Below, in pieces: positions 14,880 through 28,764 of a DNA stretch of 64,000 nt. Numbering within the stretch: position 1 is the first letter of the stretch; every line of letters begins with the position of its first letter. The stretch is from Octopus vulgaris (Eukaryota), in assembly GCA_951406725.2 (NCBI GenBank), contig OX597820.1, positions 81,468,001 to 81,532,000 of the forward strand. The letters run 5' to 3'. Below the pieces are notes generated by a model. It was not told where the DNA came from. It worked only from the letters and a program-made list of their open reading frames with translations, and ran no database searches. Both the position numbers and the translations under genes were made by a program.

Positions 14880-14994
14880 GAGTGAGAGAGCAGTGTATAC
14901 CATCAAAGTGACACTGGGGTAAAATATACGAAGCCCAGTATACCCATCATGACTACCCGTCTGATAAGGGTACGCTAGGCACATGCATCGCAAC

Positions 14995-15028
<34 letters not shown>

Positions 15029-15175
15029 GTTATTATTATTATTATGTGATTAAAACTCACAGCTTATTTTGGTGGGTATGATGGAAAGTGTTAGCTGTCC
15101 ACAGCCAGCAGACTAAGGTGACACTTGTTTGCTGGTCATGCTTCAAGAACCTTGCGAAGAATTCTTGCAGTTCAC
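14880..15175 (-). mobile_element. Short terminal copy of the (TAA)n element (14880-14992) and an R4/Dong 3' end (15046-15175), each bounded by (TTA)n
   Basis: Reverse strand ..TARILRKVLEA* followed by a short UTR and TAATAA..; the same terminus occurs at ~35785-35830. Confidence 0.7.
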
Positions 15176-16494
15176 ACTTGCACGACCAACCGCCATACCT
15201 TCTGGAAGAAGATGAACTGTGAACTTTCTTCTCCTGTCTGTATTCTTTAATCTACTATTTCATTCATTATTTTATTCCTTATAGACATTCCATAGCAAAA
15301 CCGCTGCATTACACTTTGACAAATTGTTATATTTTGGCGTCTGAAGCAGCTGGAGATACGATAGTTTAACCAAAAGAACCGGTTATTACAAGCAAGAATA
15401 AATATTAAGAAAAAAACCCGCATTTGGCCAAATTTGGATATACGACGGTTTAACATAATAACGCTATATAGTCATTTATTTATTCATATCAGCAATGCAG
15501 CTTCGGTCATGTGGAGCACCACCGTGATTTTGCCCCTTTTCCTATGATTCTCCTTCGGCTGGTTTCCTCAGGGTGGTGAGGTTTCACATCACTACTCTTG
15601 TACGTGCGTTTGTCCCGGCTGTTGGTCCATTTGGTGTATGGAGGAGTTTGACATTGCCGCCCTCAACTGTTCTTCATACCGGGCCGTTGGTTCATCTGGT
15701 ATTGTGGAGAGAAGAATGTCTAGTTCCTTTTTGAAGACATCTACATCCACATTGCGTAGGCTTCGTAATTTTTTGCTGCAGAATATTGAAAAGTTGTAGA
15801 CCTTTGAGCCCTAAACTATTGCACAACCTGGTCCTGAATTTAGATGGAGTGGACGGGACCTTTGGTACAATACAAAGGCGGGCATTTGTATAATACGTTT
15901 ATGCACACCTCCCAGTAAAAAGTGTTAGTAGGCAGCCATTATAAATTGACCAGTAGCCGATTGACAGTAGGAGATCTACAAGGTCAGAAGTATGTGTAGA
16001 CTGTGTTGATAGTCGTGTCTGTTCTGATATAGTAATTATATTGTTATACTGAGTGGACGTTATAACGATCCAAGCTTTTCAGGATAATAACACTGTACGA
16101 CTGGGGTTCGTACAGTGCCAGATAGAACCATTCTATCGACGATTTCGGAATATAACAATATCTGTCAGAGCGACAACCGTCGCCAAGACAGATACCACAG
16201 TGGTAAGAGACCGCTTTACAACAGTGGCGACGTGGAAAAACAAAGGATATTTTCACTTTGACCGGCAGATTTTAAAAATAATTTCTTTGTAACTAAACGC
16301 TTTTAAACTTCGTATACTGGTAGAATGTGTCACATAAAACATATTTTTCTCTTGGCGTTCTTGAGAAATTTATGTAGTTTGTAAGCTATTTCTTGTTTAA
16401 TTTCTTGTATTTCGGCAATTTCAACCAATCAATGACGTCTATTGAAGTGAATACAATTACCGCTGTAGTTTGCAACAAGTTCAAGAACAACTTC

Positions 16495-16972
16495 CGGCGT
16501 GAATTTATTTGGCACCGAATGTATGGAGAGATTTCATTTATGGGACACAACCATAAGTGCTTTGTGCAGTAACGTAAACGGGGCAGTCAAACGATCGAAC
16601 GAAGTCGATGAACTGAAACAAAAAATGAAAGAAACTTTCCCAAAAGCTTTTTCGGGAGGTTTTAGCTGTTGCACAAAAAACAAAAGCAAGGATTGCTATC
16701 AAAGAAAATTCAACCCCTAATTTTCAGGCCCAAACGGAACGTGCCGTTTGCAGCGGTAGACCAGGTCAATAAAGAACTAGAAAGGTTAGAAAGCCTGAAT
16801 ATAATTGAAAAGATTGACCATGCAGACTGGGCAGCACTGGTGGTGCACGTAAAAAAAGAAATAATAAGCTTAGAGTGTGCGCAGACTTCTCAACCGCATT
16901 AAGCCACTGTTTACTCGCACACAATTACCTACTTCCAAGCCCAGAAGACGTATTTGCTAAACTAAACGGCTG
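16495..16972 (+). mobile_element. Ty3/Gypsy pol fragment (protease end to RT start)
   Basis: NLFGTECMERF...IFRPKRNVPFAAVDQVNKELERLESLNIIEKIDHADWAA.VV.VKK...LRVCADFST.L......Y.LPSPEDVFAKLNG, frameshifted. Confidence 0.85.
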
Positions 16973-17011
16973 ATCGAAAGAAAGAATAGAGTCGTACAAG
17001 ATTTATTTATT

Positions 17012-18830
17012 TTAACATCTCCCGAACTCTCGGCCCTTCGATGTCTCCGACGCTGCAAAAATATCGTCATAAAACCGGCCGATAAGAGTGGAGCTGTGGT
17101 GGTGTGGCGCATTGACCTTTACAAGGCTGAAGCTCTCCACCAACTTCAAGACACCTCCTATTGCCCTCTGCCCTCAAACCATACGCCTAACTACCAACTG
17201 TGTCCTCCACTGTTCATGATTTCATGTCCTCCTCCCGTCTCTCTTCCACCGCCTCCAACCTCATTTTCCGCACTCCACGCACACCCACTTCTTATTTCCT
17301 TCCCAAAATTCACAAGCCCAACAACCCTGGCCGCCCCTTCGTCTCCGCATGCTACTACTCCACGGAAACAATCTCCAAATACCTCGACTGTGTTCTTGTT
17401 CCCCTAGTGGTTTCCCTTCTCTCCCGCACCCACGATACTAACCCAGCTCTCCATCTGTTTAACTCTTTCTCCTTCCCTTCTAGCCCCTCTTAATTTCTGT
17501 TCACTCTTGATATCAAAAGTTTATATACGGTGATCCCACACAACGAAAAGCTTTTTATGCTCAAACACTTTCTAGACCTTCGGCCAGACCCTCAACCTGA
17601 TACCTCCACACTTCTTCGTCTGGTCGAACTTGTTCTCTCCCTCAAATGCTTCTCGTTTGCTGGGGATTTTTACCAAGAGTTCTCGGAGGTGGCCATGGGA
17701 ATGAGAATGTGCCTCAACTATGCGAGCCTGTTCGTTGGCTACGTTGTGGCACAAATATTCTCACAATTCACAGGTCCTACTCCCGAACTATACTGTTGTT
17801 ATATCAATAACTATATCGGCGTAACCTCACTTTCCCGCGAACAACTAAATTCCTTCCGCTCATTTGTCCAATCCTTCCATCCTGCCCTCAAATACTCCTG
17901 CGCTATCTAACTCTTCTGTCGAATTTCTCGACATTTCTTTCAACATAGACCACTCCGCTCTCATTACCTCCATCCACTACAAACACCCTGACTCACACTC
18001 TTACCTTAACTTCTCCTTCTCCCACCCTACCCATACCAAGCTCTCCATCGCCTATTCCCGATTCCTCTGCTTGTGCAGGTTCTGCAGAGATAATCATGAC
18101 TTAGAGACTCAGTCTCACCTCATAGCTCGTCACTTTATCCTATGTGGATATCCCTTCACCACTACCTACACTGTCCTTGCTAGGGCACGATCTGTGAACC
18201 GTGCCTCTGCTCTTTCTCCTCACACTCGCCCAGACGTTGCCCGTCTCCCGTTTCCCCTCACCTACATCCCTTCCCATCTTCCCCTCCAACGTACCATTCT
18301 CCGAGCCTTCCGGCTACTCCAGTTCGACCCCTCCACCTCGCACATCTTCTCCAACCTACCTCTTCACATAACCCGAGTGAACCCCTGGTCCATAGTTTCT
18401 TCCCTAATCCCACTTCCCAGCCTTGCTCGTACCTCTGCTCCAGCCCTCCCTGTCGCACCTGCTCCTACCTCTCCAACGTCACCACCTTCACAGGCACTCA
18501 TCATTGTCCTTATCACATCACTGACTCCTTTAACTGCTCTTCTAGTAATGTTATTTACTACATCTCCTGCTCTCTCTCTCCCTCTCTGTCCTTTCCTGTA
18601 CATCGGCCAAACGGGACGCTGCTTGGCTGCCCGGTTCGCTGAGTACCTCAGACTCGGCAATTATACTTCGGCCTCGCTCTATTTTCGTTCTACCGGTCGC
18701 ACGCTACAACATCTGTCTGTGTTCGGATTATCATTGCACAGGGGCCATCCGGATTCCCGCCTTCGCCATGAACAAGAATTAATCTTGTCTCTTCGCTCTT
18801 TTGCGTTAATGAGCTCAACTCACCTCCTCT
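17012..18830 (+). pseudogene. Older, 5'-truncated, frameshifted Penelope-like element of the same family as 58200-62820
   Basis: KPADKSGAVVVW, YFLPKIHKPNNPGRP, VAMGMRM..NYA.LF, YINN (decayed YIDD), FLDI and LYIGQTGR.LA.RF.E, collinear with the young copy. Confidence 0.9.
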
Positions 18831-19306
18831 CTTCATCTGACATCAACCTCACCTCCTCTCCTCATTTGACACCTACCCCACACTACTCCACACACACTAG
18901 CACTAACCACTTCTCAGCAACCACACCACACACCATCATCTACACACCTATACAACATCAGCCACACACCTACACACCATCTTCAATAGGGTCACCACAC
19001 ACACCACTATATGAGCAGCCATACACACTGTTTAACTCAATACACACACTACATACCATCCTGCACACTCCCACACCCATATAAGCACATAATATTTGAA
19101 CAAATACAATATATACATACACACGCAAAGCGCGTTGACACACGCAAAATACATAGACAAAGATGACTTTCGCCTACATACATACACCATACATATGCAC
19201 GCTGTTTGGTCACAGGCACACACACATGTGCACATACCACGTGAAAAAGCATAAATCAACAGCTACACACAACATACTCACGCGTTAGACATGCACACAC
19301 ACACAT

Positions 19307-19352
<46 letters not shown>

Positions 19353-20555
19353 CAGAGTTACTCGCCCATAGTCACGCATGCACACTTATGAAAGGTAGAC
19401 AAATATCTGTTTTCAAAAAAAACACACTGGGTTATGTGTTCGTGGGTTCTAGCTCCAGAGGGAAAAGTCAAGATGGTTACGGCAGAAATATCATTGGTAT
19501 TAGGTCAGTTCATTTGAGCTGGCCAAGGGTTAAACAATAATAATAATAATAGCAACATTAATAGCGAGGCAATTCTCTTCGTGGTGATTCAACTTGCTAG
19601 AAATAGCAGCATTATTTTTTTAAACTTCCTATTGTTGGAATGAAGGACACAATAATAGTCCCAGATATACTAGTCAAAGTAGAGATGAAACCGTCATGGT
19701 CGGGACGTCTTTTGTGCTATGTCTGTCCATTCACAGTTCAGTTGACCCTAACCAACAACAACAACAACAACAACAGGTATAAACAAAGAGCAAGTGAACT
19801 TACTTTAGTCTTTCACTCAACGGTAAAGTCCATTGTGTTTTACTTTCACATGTATTAATATAACTTGGTCTTCGGACGTTACTTCTCCAATTCTTTTGGG
19901 GTAACGGATCCACTTTATTTGAGAACATAGCTTCCCTACCTTTTTTTTTTCTAATCAAAATATATTCATTTATAGTTTTGTATGAAGAATTAGTTAAAAA
20001 AAAGATATTCTGAAGTAATCGCAAGTTTTAACAGTTTTAAACTCAGCTTAAATTTGTATGATGAAGTTAAAGAAAAATGTTTATGTTTTTGCTTTATTTT
20101 AATAGCTAGGCCTGGACACAAGCAATTGTATGTGTGTGTATGTGTGTGTGTCAGTGCATTTACTGTATTTAGGCTGATTCAGTGTTCTGGAGTTAACCCA
20201 TCGACGCGTTGTTTACATATTGAAAGGAAGAAGGAATTGAAGTAGAAGTCTTAAATATAAGTTCTAAATTTTAGTACTGTTGTTGTTCACCTATAAGTGA
20301 GTTGGAACTGAGCAGATATGATCAAAACAGTTCCAGCCTAGACCATCCCAACATTTCTTAATGGTATAGTGTATCTAGGATATAATATACAGTGTGTGCG
20401 TCGTTAAGTCTATTTATTAGTAGCAGGTTGAGCAATTACTTCAAGGCTGGTCCGGCGCTGACTCGCGTGTCAACAGCTACAATCACTAGAAATTTAATGT
20501 ACAAACAGTGGAAAATGTGTGCGTGCGCGTGTGTTTGCGTGTGCGCGCGTGTGGT

Positions 20556-20609
<54 letters not shown>

Positions 20610-21179
20610 AAGTGTACGTGCGTGTATGTGCAAAAACAAGAAGAAAGAAAAAAGGAAAAAAAGTCAATATAGCAGCAGCCAATGAAATAAGCTTGTCTAC
20701 GTGGTGGTGGTTAGGCCTTAATTGTTGATCGAAGACCACAGCAACAACATTAGAGGTTATAGTAAAACTAAAAATCAAAAAAAAAAGCAATATATCATAT
20801 CACTCGTAATATATCATCAAAGTGTTTATCGGAATAAGTATTTACGACATTTTATAATGGCAGTTGCCTATTATATATCATTGCCGTTTAGTCTTTCAAT
20901 ATTTTTCAGACATAAATTGCATGATAGGCAGGGTGGAGCACTGTACCTGTACGTAAGTACGTATGTACGTACGTACGCACGTATGTATGTATGTATGTAT
21001 GTATGTATGTATGTATGTATGTATGTATCTCTCTATCTCTCTGTTTATGTATCTATGTATTTACGCAACTATAAATGTTCGTTCATATGTACGTATACAT
21101 GTGTGCATTTATGCATGTATGTAAGCATGTATGTATGCACGTGTGATTATATATATGTAGTACACATGCATGTGCATGC

Positions 21180-21235
21180 ATTCTCAACCACATGGTCCCT
21201 GGTTCAGTCCCATTGCATGGCACCAAAACCGTATT

Positions 21236-21301
<66 letters not shown>

Positions 21302-21417
21302 TATATATATAGGCGCAGGAGTGGCTGTGTGGTAAGTAGCTTGTTTACCAACCACATGATTCTGGTTCAATCCACACACACACCAAAGCCTTGTGATATA
21401 TAAACTGAAAGAAGCCC

Positions 21418-21470
<53 letters not shown>

Positions 21471-21640
21471 CGCAGGACAACCGATGCTGGTGTGTCCCCA
21501 TTACTTAGGGTTCGGCAAAAGAGACCGATAGAATAAGTACTTGTTTACCAACCACATGGTTCTGGGTTCAAGTTGCTCGATTAAAGCGTGGCACCTTGGG
21601 CAAGTGTCTGACTACTATAGTCGGGCCGACCAAAGATATA
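21180..21640 (+). mobile_element. Scrambled SINE family A pieces
   Basis: Head, middle and tail modules occur out of order and are interleaved with (TA)n. Confidence 0.6.
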
Positions 21641-21692
21641 TGTGATATATATATATTTGGTGTAGATGGATATACTGATATATATATGTATC

Positions 21693-21748
<56 letters not shown>

Positions 21749-21754
21749 GTATAT

Positions 21755-23518
21755 ACTGGCTGACGTACCCGGTAATTCCCGGGGGTAAAAATGTTTTATT
21801 GAAACGCCTTATTACTCTGATATTTTCCGTCCCTAAAAAGTACAAAAAAATTGTTAGCTGGAAGAGGAGGAGATTTTCGGGGTTTGGTGAGAAAGGTTTT
21901 CGGAGGTTGGTGAGAAAGTACTGTGACTCGTCGTGGCATTTTAAAGGTGAACTTTATGAAGACTACTTTATCAAAGGTATATAAATGTAGCATACATGTA
22001 TATAAATATATGAATGAAGTGTATAATGTTTAAGAATGCACTGAGAGCCGCTCTCAGTAACTGCCTTTAGCTTACGGAGTTCTTGTTTATATAACTACAG
22101 AAAAGTAGCCAGAAGGATAGATATATTGTTGAGAAAAAATGACTTCGTTGGAGGTCTGTTAACTCTGGTGGCCAAAAAGAGGTTAGAAGGGTCAAGTGTC
22201 AAAAACATTATTCTGCTTAGCGAAGGTATCCAGGAAATGTATAACTGTTGTCATTCACAGAAAAGCTATTGTCTTACCGTGGGAAAAGCGCTCTTGAAGT
22301 GTTGAGTGAAATTTGACAATCGAGGATCGAATCCACGCTATGCCTGCATGAAGCCACTACAAATACTTTGTGGAATAAAAAATTTATCTACTGTCATAGA
22401 ATAAGTGTAACTGTTAAAATGCAGAATTATCGGAGTAATGGGCATTCAAAAAAGTATGTATGTATAGAAATGTATGAATGAAGTCTTTAAGTTTTAAGAT
22501 TCAAATCGAGGAAGTGCAATAATAATATTTAGCAGTTCAAAACTAAGTAGTGAAATGCAGAATTGGGTAGGCTGATCGTGAGAATCAAATATTGCTCGCT
22601 TCGCTAAAACCTACAGGTGTTATGGGTTATTTCCCTTGGGTTGTTTAAATATTAGTAATATATAGTATATAAAAGGATCCATTGGAGGGGTCCTATTATC
22701 GATTTTTTTCAACAATCTAAGTATGTCACGAGGTTTCCAGACATGAGTTCTATTCACGTGTCAAATAAAGTGATATTGTCTGCAAAAATTAGAAATTGGA
22801 CACATAAAAAATCAATATTCAAAGTAATCGAACATAAACAACGAAACCTGTAAAATATTTCTAAATTCGATGGCTCAATTAGTTTCAGGAAAATGCTTTA
22901 TGAACTGTAAATAAGCAATAAATATAATGATTTATAAAATAAGTGATACATAGTGTCCCAACCGAATGTAGTGTAGAAGATTGGTTTCATTTTCTAAGAA
23001 TTTTAAGTATTCAAAGTTTGAGTTCATTGTATTGGGACACACTTAACAAATACGTTCTGGAATCATAAACCCATGTAGTGTCATCCTTAAATGGTAAAAT
23101 GCAGAATTATCGGAATTATGAGCATTGAAAGTGTACATGCAACAAGAAAGTGCAATAATAAGGTTTAGCAGTTCAAAACTGTGAGTAGTAAAATGCAGAA
23201 TTAGGTCCGCTGATCGTGAGAAACAAATATTGATCGCTTCGTTAAAAACTGCCTACTGTAAGTCCAGTTGTGATGGGTTATTTCCCTTGGGTGTTTAAAA
23301 AATATTGTGCAGGTTCTATGGTTATATGAGATAGATATAAAGATCACTTCCAGGGGCCATATTATCGATTTTTTCAACAATCTATGTCACGCGGTTTCCA
23401 GACATGAGTTTTACTGACGTGTCAAGTTTCATCAAAATCAATAGAACGATGTATGAGGAGTTAGCTAAAAATGCCACAAACACACACCGATTTTCCACAT
23501 ATGTAGTAGACACTACAT

Positions 23519-23520
<2 letters not shown>
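21755..23520 (+). mobile_element. Non-autonomous Helitron/Helentron-like element with an internal ~340-bp duplication
   Basis: Starts ACTGGCTGACGTACCCGGTAATTCCCGGG (short subterminal hairpin) inside TA repeats; ends CAAGTTTCATCAAAATC...CACACACCG...GTAGTAGACACTAC; ~22416-22770 is repeated at ~23096-23425. Confidence 0.55.
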
Positions 23521-23587
<67 letters not shown>

Positions 23588-23617
23588 TATATACATATAT
23601 ATATGAATCTATACATA

Positions 23618-23693
<76 letters not shown>

Positions 23694-23916
23694 TATGTAT
23701 GTGAAGGCGCATGGCTGGGTGTTGTGTTTTTGAGTAAGATAATTTATTTCAGGTTGCTCCAATTCACTTAGCTGTAGAAATGAGCTGCAACGCCACAGGT
23801 GCCAAGCTGTATCAAGAAACAAAAATAAACAAGCTTTTGACGGTTTTATAGATATTTCAAAATTGTGATGCTATGATGCTAGATGTTTCCATTATTTTGT
23901 CCAACCCCTGTATATA

Positions 23917-24342
23917 TTGTGTCGTCTTCTAGGTGATTTACGTTCTTGTCCCAGTTTGTATATATTTTTTACTTTTTACATATATAATGGCGGCTCCGTA
24001 CCCACACTTTTGTCCTTATACGTAAGTATATATTCTCTAACATTATTCGTGCTTTCCTTATTGTTTTCACGTATTTTTGCATTTTTATTCGTGTACATCG
24101 TCCGTTTTCCGTCCTTGTGTTGTATACATTCGAAGCTTTCTTCCAAGGGATCTAATGCGCTTGGCTTAGATTTCCCTTGGTGGCTGCTCAGGTCGGAGCA
24201 ATCTCAAGATTAATCAGCCGAAATTGCGAAGATGATCCGGTTCTTGACTGATGACTGAGGGCTTCGAATGTCCCGTCCTGTGGTTCTTGTGTCGTCTTCT
24301 AGGTGTTTCACGTTCTTGTCCCAGTTTGTATATATTTTTTAC

Positions 24343-24350
<8 letters not shown>
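23917..24350 (+). mobile_element. ~370-bp non-coding element with a ~64-bp terminal direct repeat (partial tandem, PLE-pLTR/retrozyme-like)
   Basis: TTGTGTCGTCTTCTAGGTG..ACGTTCTTGTCCCAGTTTGTATATATTTTTTACTTTTTACA at 23917 and again at 24287. Confidence 0.6.
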
Positions 24351-24440
<90 letters not shown>

Positions 24441-24505
24441 GGAATAAACACACAAATGTGAAACAAGGTGGAAAAAAAGAGTACTCAAATACCAGTGGTA
24501 GAGTA

Positions 24506-24614
24506 ATATGCTTTATTTAAAGCAGCAGAAAATTCAACAAAACCTGGTACTCTGAACGTGAAACTCAGAGTAACAGGTTTTGTTGAATTTTCTGCTGCTT
24601 TAAATAAAGTATAT
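24506..24614. repeat. Near-perfect inverted repeat (50-bp arms, 9-nt loop)
   Basis: 24506-24555 versus the reverse complement of 24565-24614: 2 mismatches. Confidence 0.9.
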
Positions 24615-24708
24615 ATATATATATAGGTATATGATTCCAAATGTAACTACTCGTAGGCTGTTTGCGATTTTCCCCTCTTCCTTTTCTTTTGGACTTTCCT
24701 ATTCCTCC

Positions 24709-24746
24709 TGTTTCCGAAGAAAAAACTTTGCTCGAAACGTGAAACA
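24709..24746 (+). ncRNA. Decayed minimal type I hammerhead motif in a PLE pseudo-LTR relic
   Basis: TGTTT-CCGAAGA-A-AAAACTTTGCTC-GAAAC-GTG-AAACA; same architecture as 62684-62721 but core and stem II are mutated. Confidence 0.5.
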
Positions 24747-24852
24747 ACCACACTTTCTTTCCTTCTCTGAACGTCTTATTAATACTTTACACGTACCACG
24801 TCCTCCCGTGGTTGTCTTTTCTTGTCTTTTTTCTCAGTCATTTTGATTGATC

Positions 24853-24996
<144 letters not shown>

Positions 24997-25219
24997 ATTG
25001 TGTGTATATATGTATATATGTATATATATATGAATATTTATGCATATGCATATATGTATGTGTATATATATATATGTATGGATATGTATAATACGTATAT
25101 GTATGTATATATATATATATATATGTCTATATATATGTGTATTTATGTATATGTTTATATATGTGTATGCATATATATGTATCTATGTGTGTGGATGTGT
25201 GTGTGCATGTGTCTCGAAC

Positions 25220-26100
25220 AATCACTTGACAACCGGTGTTGATGTGTTTACGTCCCTATAACCTAGCAGCTCGGCAACTAATACCAAAACAATAATTACT
25301 GGGGTCGATTTATTTTACTAAAAGTCACCAAGGCAGTGCTGTAGCATGTCCACAGTCAAATGACTGAAGCAAGTAAAAGATAAAGGATATATATATATAT
25401 ATAAGAGCAGGTGTAGCTGCGTGGTAAGTAGCTTGCTTCATAAACAAACGGTTTCAGTCCCATTGCGTAGCACCTTGGGCAGGTGTCTTTTGCTATAACC
25501 TCGGGCTGGCCAAAGGCTTGTGAGTGGATTTGGTAGACAGCAACTTAGAGAATCACGTCATACACACACACACCCACACACACACACACACACACACGCA
25601 CACACACACACACACATGCACACGCACACACACGCACACACGCACACACACACACACGCACACTCACACATATATATGTATGTATGTATATACATACATA
25701 TATGTGTGTGTGTGTGTGTGTCTTTGTGTCTATGTCCATTGAACATCACTTGACAACCGATGTTGGTGTGTTTACCTCCCTGTAGCCTAGTGGTTCCGCA
25801 AAAGAGATCGATAGAATAAGTACTAGGCTTACAAAGAAGGAAAAAATAAGTATTAAGCTTACAAGTAAAAGAGTAAAAGAATAAAAATGTGTGTCTGTGT
25901 TTGTCCTCTAAAACTGTTTGATAACCACTGATGCTGAGTTTACGGCCCCTGTTCAGGAAAAGAAACTGAAAGAATAAGTGCCGGGTTTAAAAAAAAAAAT
26001 TAAAAGATGTATTAGCGTTGATTAATTGGATAAAAATTTCTGAAGGGGTTGCCCTAGCATAACCGCACGTTAATGACTGTAGCAAAATAACAGGTAAAAA
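25220..26100 (+). mobile_element. Cluster of SINE family A copies (tail ~25220-25385, near-full ~25403-25885, degraded tail ~25890-26100)
   Basis: Direct similarity to the other family A copies. Confidence 0.75.
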
Positions 26101-27340
26101 AATAAAGAAGTATATATTGATGTATACACTCATTGCTGAACATGTTTACGCCTCTCTCTCTCTCTCCTTCTTCCTGTCGGAGCATAAACTTACAGTCACA
26201 TAAATCATCAGGTAAATTGATTTTAACAATTGGAATTATTTTTTCATCCAGCTAGCTATTGAGAGAGTGCAGAAAACAGAGAGAGAGGGAGGGATAGTGA
26301 AAGTAAAAGAGAGAGAGAGAGGTTGATCGATAGAAAATTAGATCGATTAAATGGATGGAAGGGTAGAAAGAGGGAGAGAAGATAGGGAGTTACACCGTTG
26401 CATACTCAGAAAGATAGTTATTAGGTAGGTACGCTAGTACTTACCTTGCGTACCTAGTCGTTTAGATCACCTGTGAACTAAACATCTATATTTTGTCGAT
26501 AGATAGACAGATAAATAGATAGATAGATGGATAGACAGATGGAGAGAAAAAACAGAATAATGTCTCCAGTTGACGTATGGTTCGTCGCAGTCAAAAGTAG
26601 GTGGCACCTGTCAGTAAAGCCACGAGTTGTTTCGTCATCGCTTTCAATTTACCTACTGATTTCTTAACTTATGTAAGCACACACACACACACGCGCGCGC
26701 GCGTGCACACGTAAACATTCATACACACACACATATACATGCAGGTGTTTGTATTGAGTGTTCGTAAAAAGGACTTTTTTCGCCATACCTAAATGTTTTG
26801 TGTTAAAAGACAACCTACTGTTTTTTATGTATGTGTCTAAAATAGCCAGCAAATAGTCCCGTCACCTCATATTTATTACAGACTCTACTTCTTTGATACA
26901 GCTATGTACTGAGTAGTTTGGGATTTGGTTGGAAAATGCACTGCCAAAAAAAAATACACTACCTACCTACCTACCTACCTACCTACCTACCTACCTACCT
27001 ACCTACCTACCTTCCTACTTACCTACCTACCTATCTACCTATTTCTTTATTACCCACAAGGGACTAAACACAGAGAGGACAAACATGGACAGACATAGGT
27101 ATTAAGTCGATTACATCGACCCCAGTGCGTAACTGGTACTTAATTTATCGACCCCGAAAGGATGAAAGGCAAAGTCGAGCTCGGCAGAATTTGAACTCAC
27201 AACGTAACGGCAGACGAAATACCGCTAAGCATTTCGCCCGGCGTGTTAACGTTTCTGCCAGCTCGCCGCCTTACCTACCTATCTACCTACTTACCTACCT
27301 ACCTACCTACCTACCTACCTACCTACCTCTGCCTGCCTAC

Positions 27341-27414
<74 letters not shown>

Positions 27415-27624
27415 GTGTATGTGTTTGTGCGTGTGTGCGTACGTGTGTGTGTGGCAACAAGGGCTTGGCAACCATATGGTTTCGAATTCAATCGCATTGT
27501 GTGAAACATTGGGCGAGTGCTTTCTACTGTAAACATGGGTCGACCAAAGTCTTGTCACTGGATTTGCCTGCCGTGTATGTATGTATGTATGTATGTATGT
27601 ATGTATGTATGTATGTATATATAT

Positions 27625-27736
<112 letters not shown>

Positions 27737-28713
27737 TCTAAATCTCTCAAAGAGAGATATTTAGTAACAGTTCTTTAAAGTAAAGACTATTTGCCAGCAT
27801 AATATGGTTGTCTTGGAATGGACGATTGTTACTGTTACTTAGCCCCAGGAAACATCGTTTCTAGCTGGCTATACGACATAATATGTGTGTCTTTCTATTT
27901 TCGAATAGGGAGGCCAGCACAAAGCAACATATGTGGACCGTTTTTGGGAGTTATTGGCCTTTATCAACACAGATACTGTCGTATAGCAAGCTGGAAACGA
28001 TGTTTCCTGGGGTTAAGCAACAGTAAGAACTGTCCATTTCAGTACAACCACATCCTGGTAGCTATCCTGGTAGGGTTGCTTTCGTTTGTAATTACCCACC
28101 ATTATAGGGGGTCTTTAATGTATTTTAGTGTAAAATATTGAGAAAACTGAAAGAAGCCTGTCTTCTATCTAATTATTTGTATATATATATAATTAGATAG
28201 ATAGATATAACATGGGCTTCTTTCAGTTTTCGCTTTCCTATATGCATACAATTTTCTTCCAAGGACTGTTTTATAGATATAGATTAGATAGTAAATCACA
28301 TGGTATACATCTGGTAGCTTACCAGTAAAGCACGTTCACTTTCACGGTGTTCGTAAATCGGAAATGTTGCCAGGCAAGTGATAAGATCTGAGACTATAAG
28401 TTGAAACTAAAATGATTGGTGTGAAGAAGACATATAATCCTTTCAAAATCAGACAAATACTTTTTAACTGAGTTTAAACGTTTATTATCTGGTATAAAAA
28501 TTTCGTCGCGTGAATTTGATCTGGTCACGAACGTGGTTCCATCTCATCTAGTTTATGGTGAGGTTGTTTGTTGGAATATGTATAGGTTCCAGAGTCATAA
28601 ATTGTTTGTTTTCCTATGTAGGTCAGTTGTTCTGGTTGAGTGGTCATAGTCGATCAATTAACTTGGTATTTGGCTGCATTCCACGAACCCTTTCTTTTCT
28701 TCTCTCCCCTTTG

Positions 28714-28764
<51 letters not shown>

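Noticed and set aside
26445-26470. Minus-strand micro-exon (CAG|GTGATC...CAAG|GTAAGT)
   Set aside because: Good donor, but weak polypyrimidine tract and stops in all three frames; no other support.
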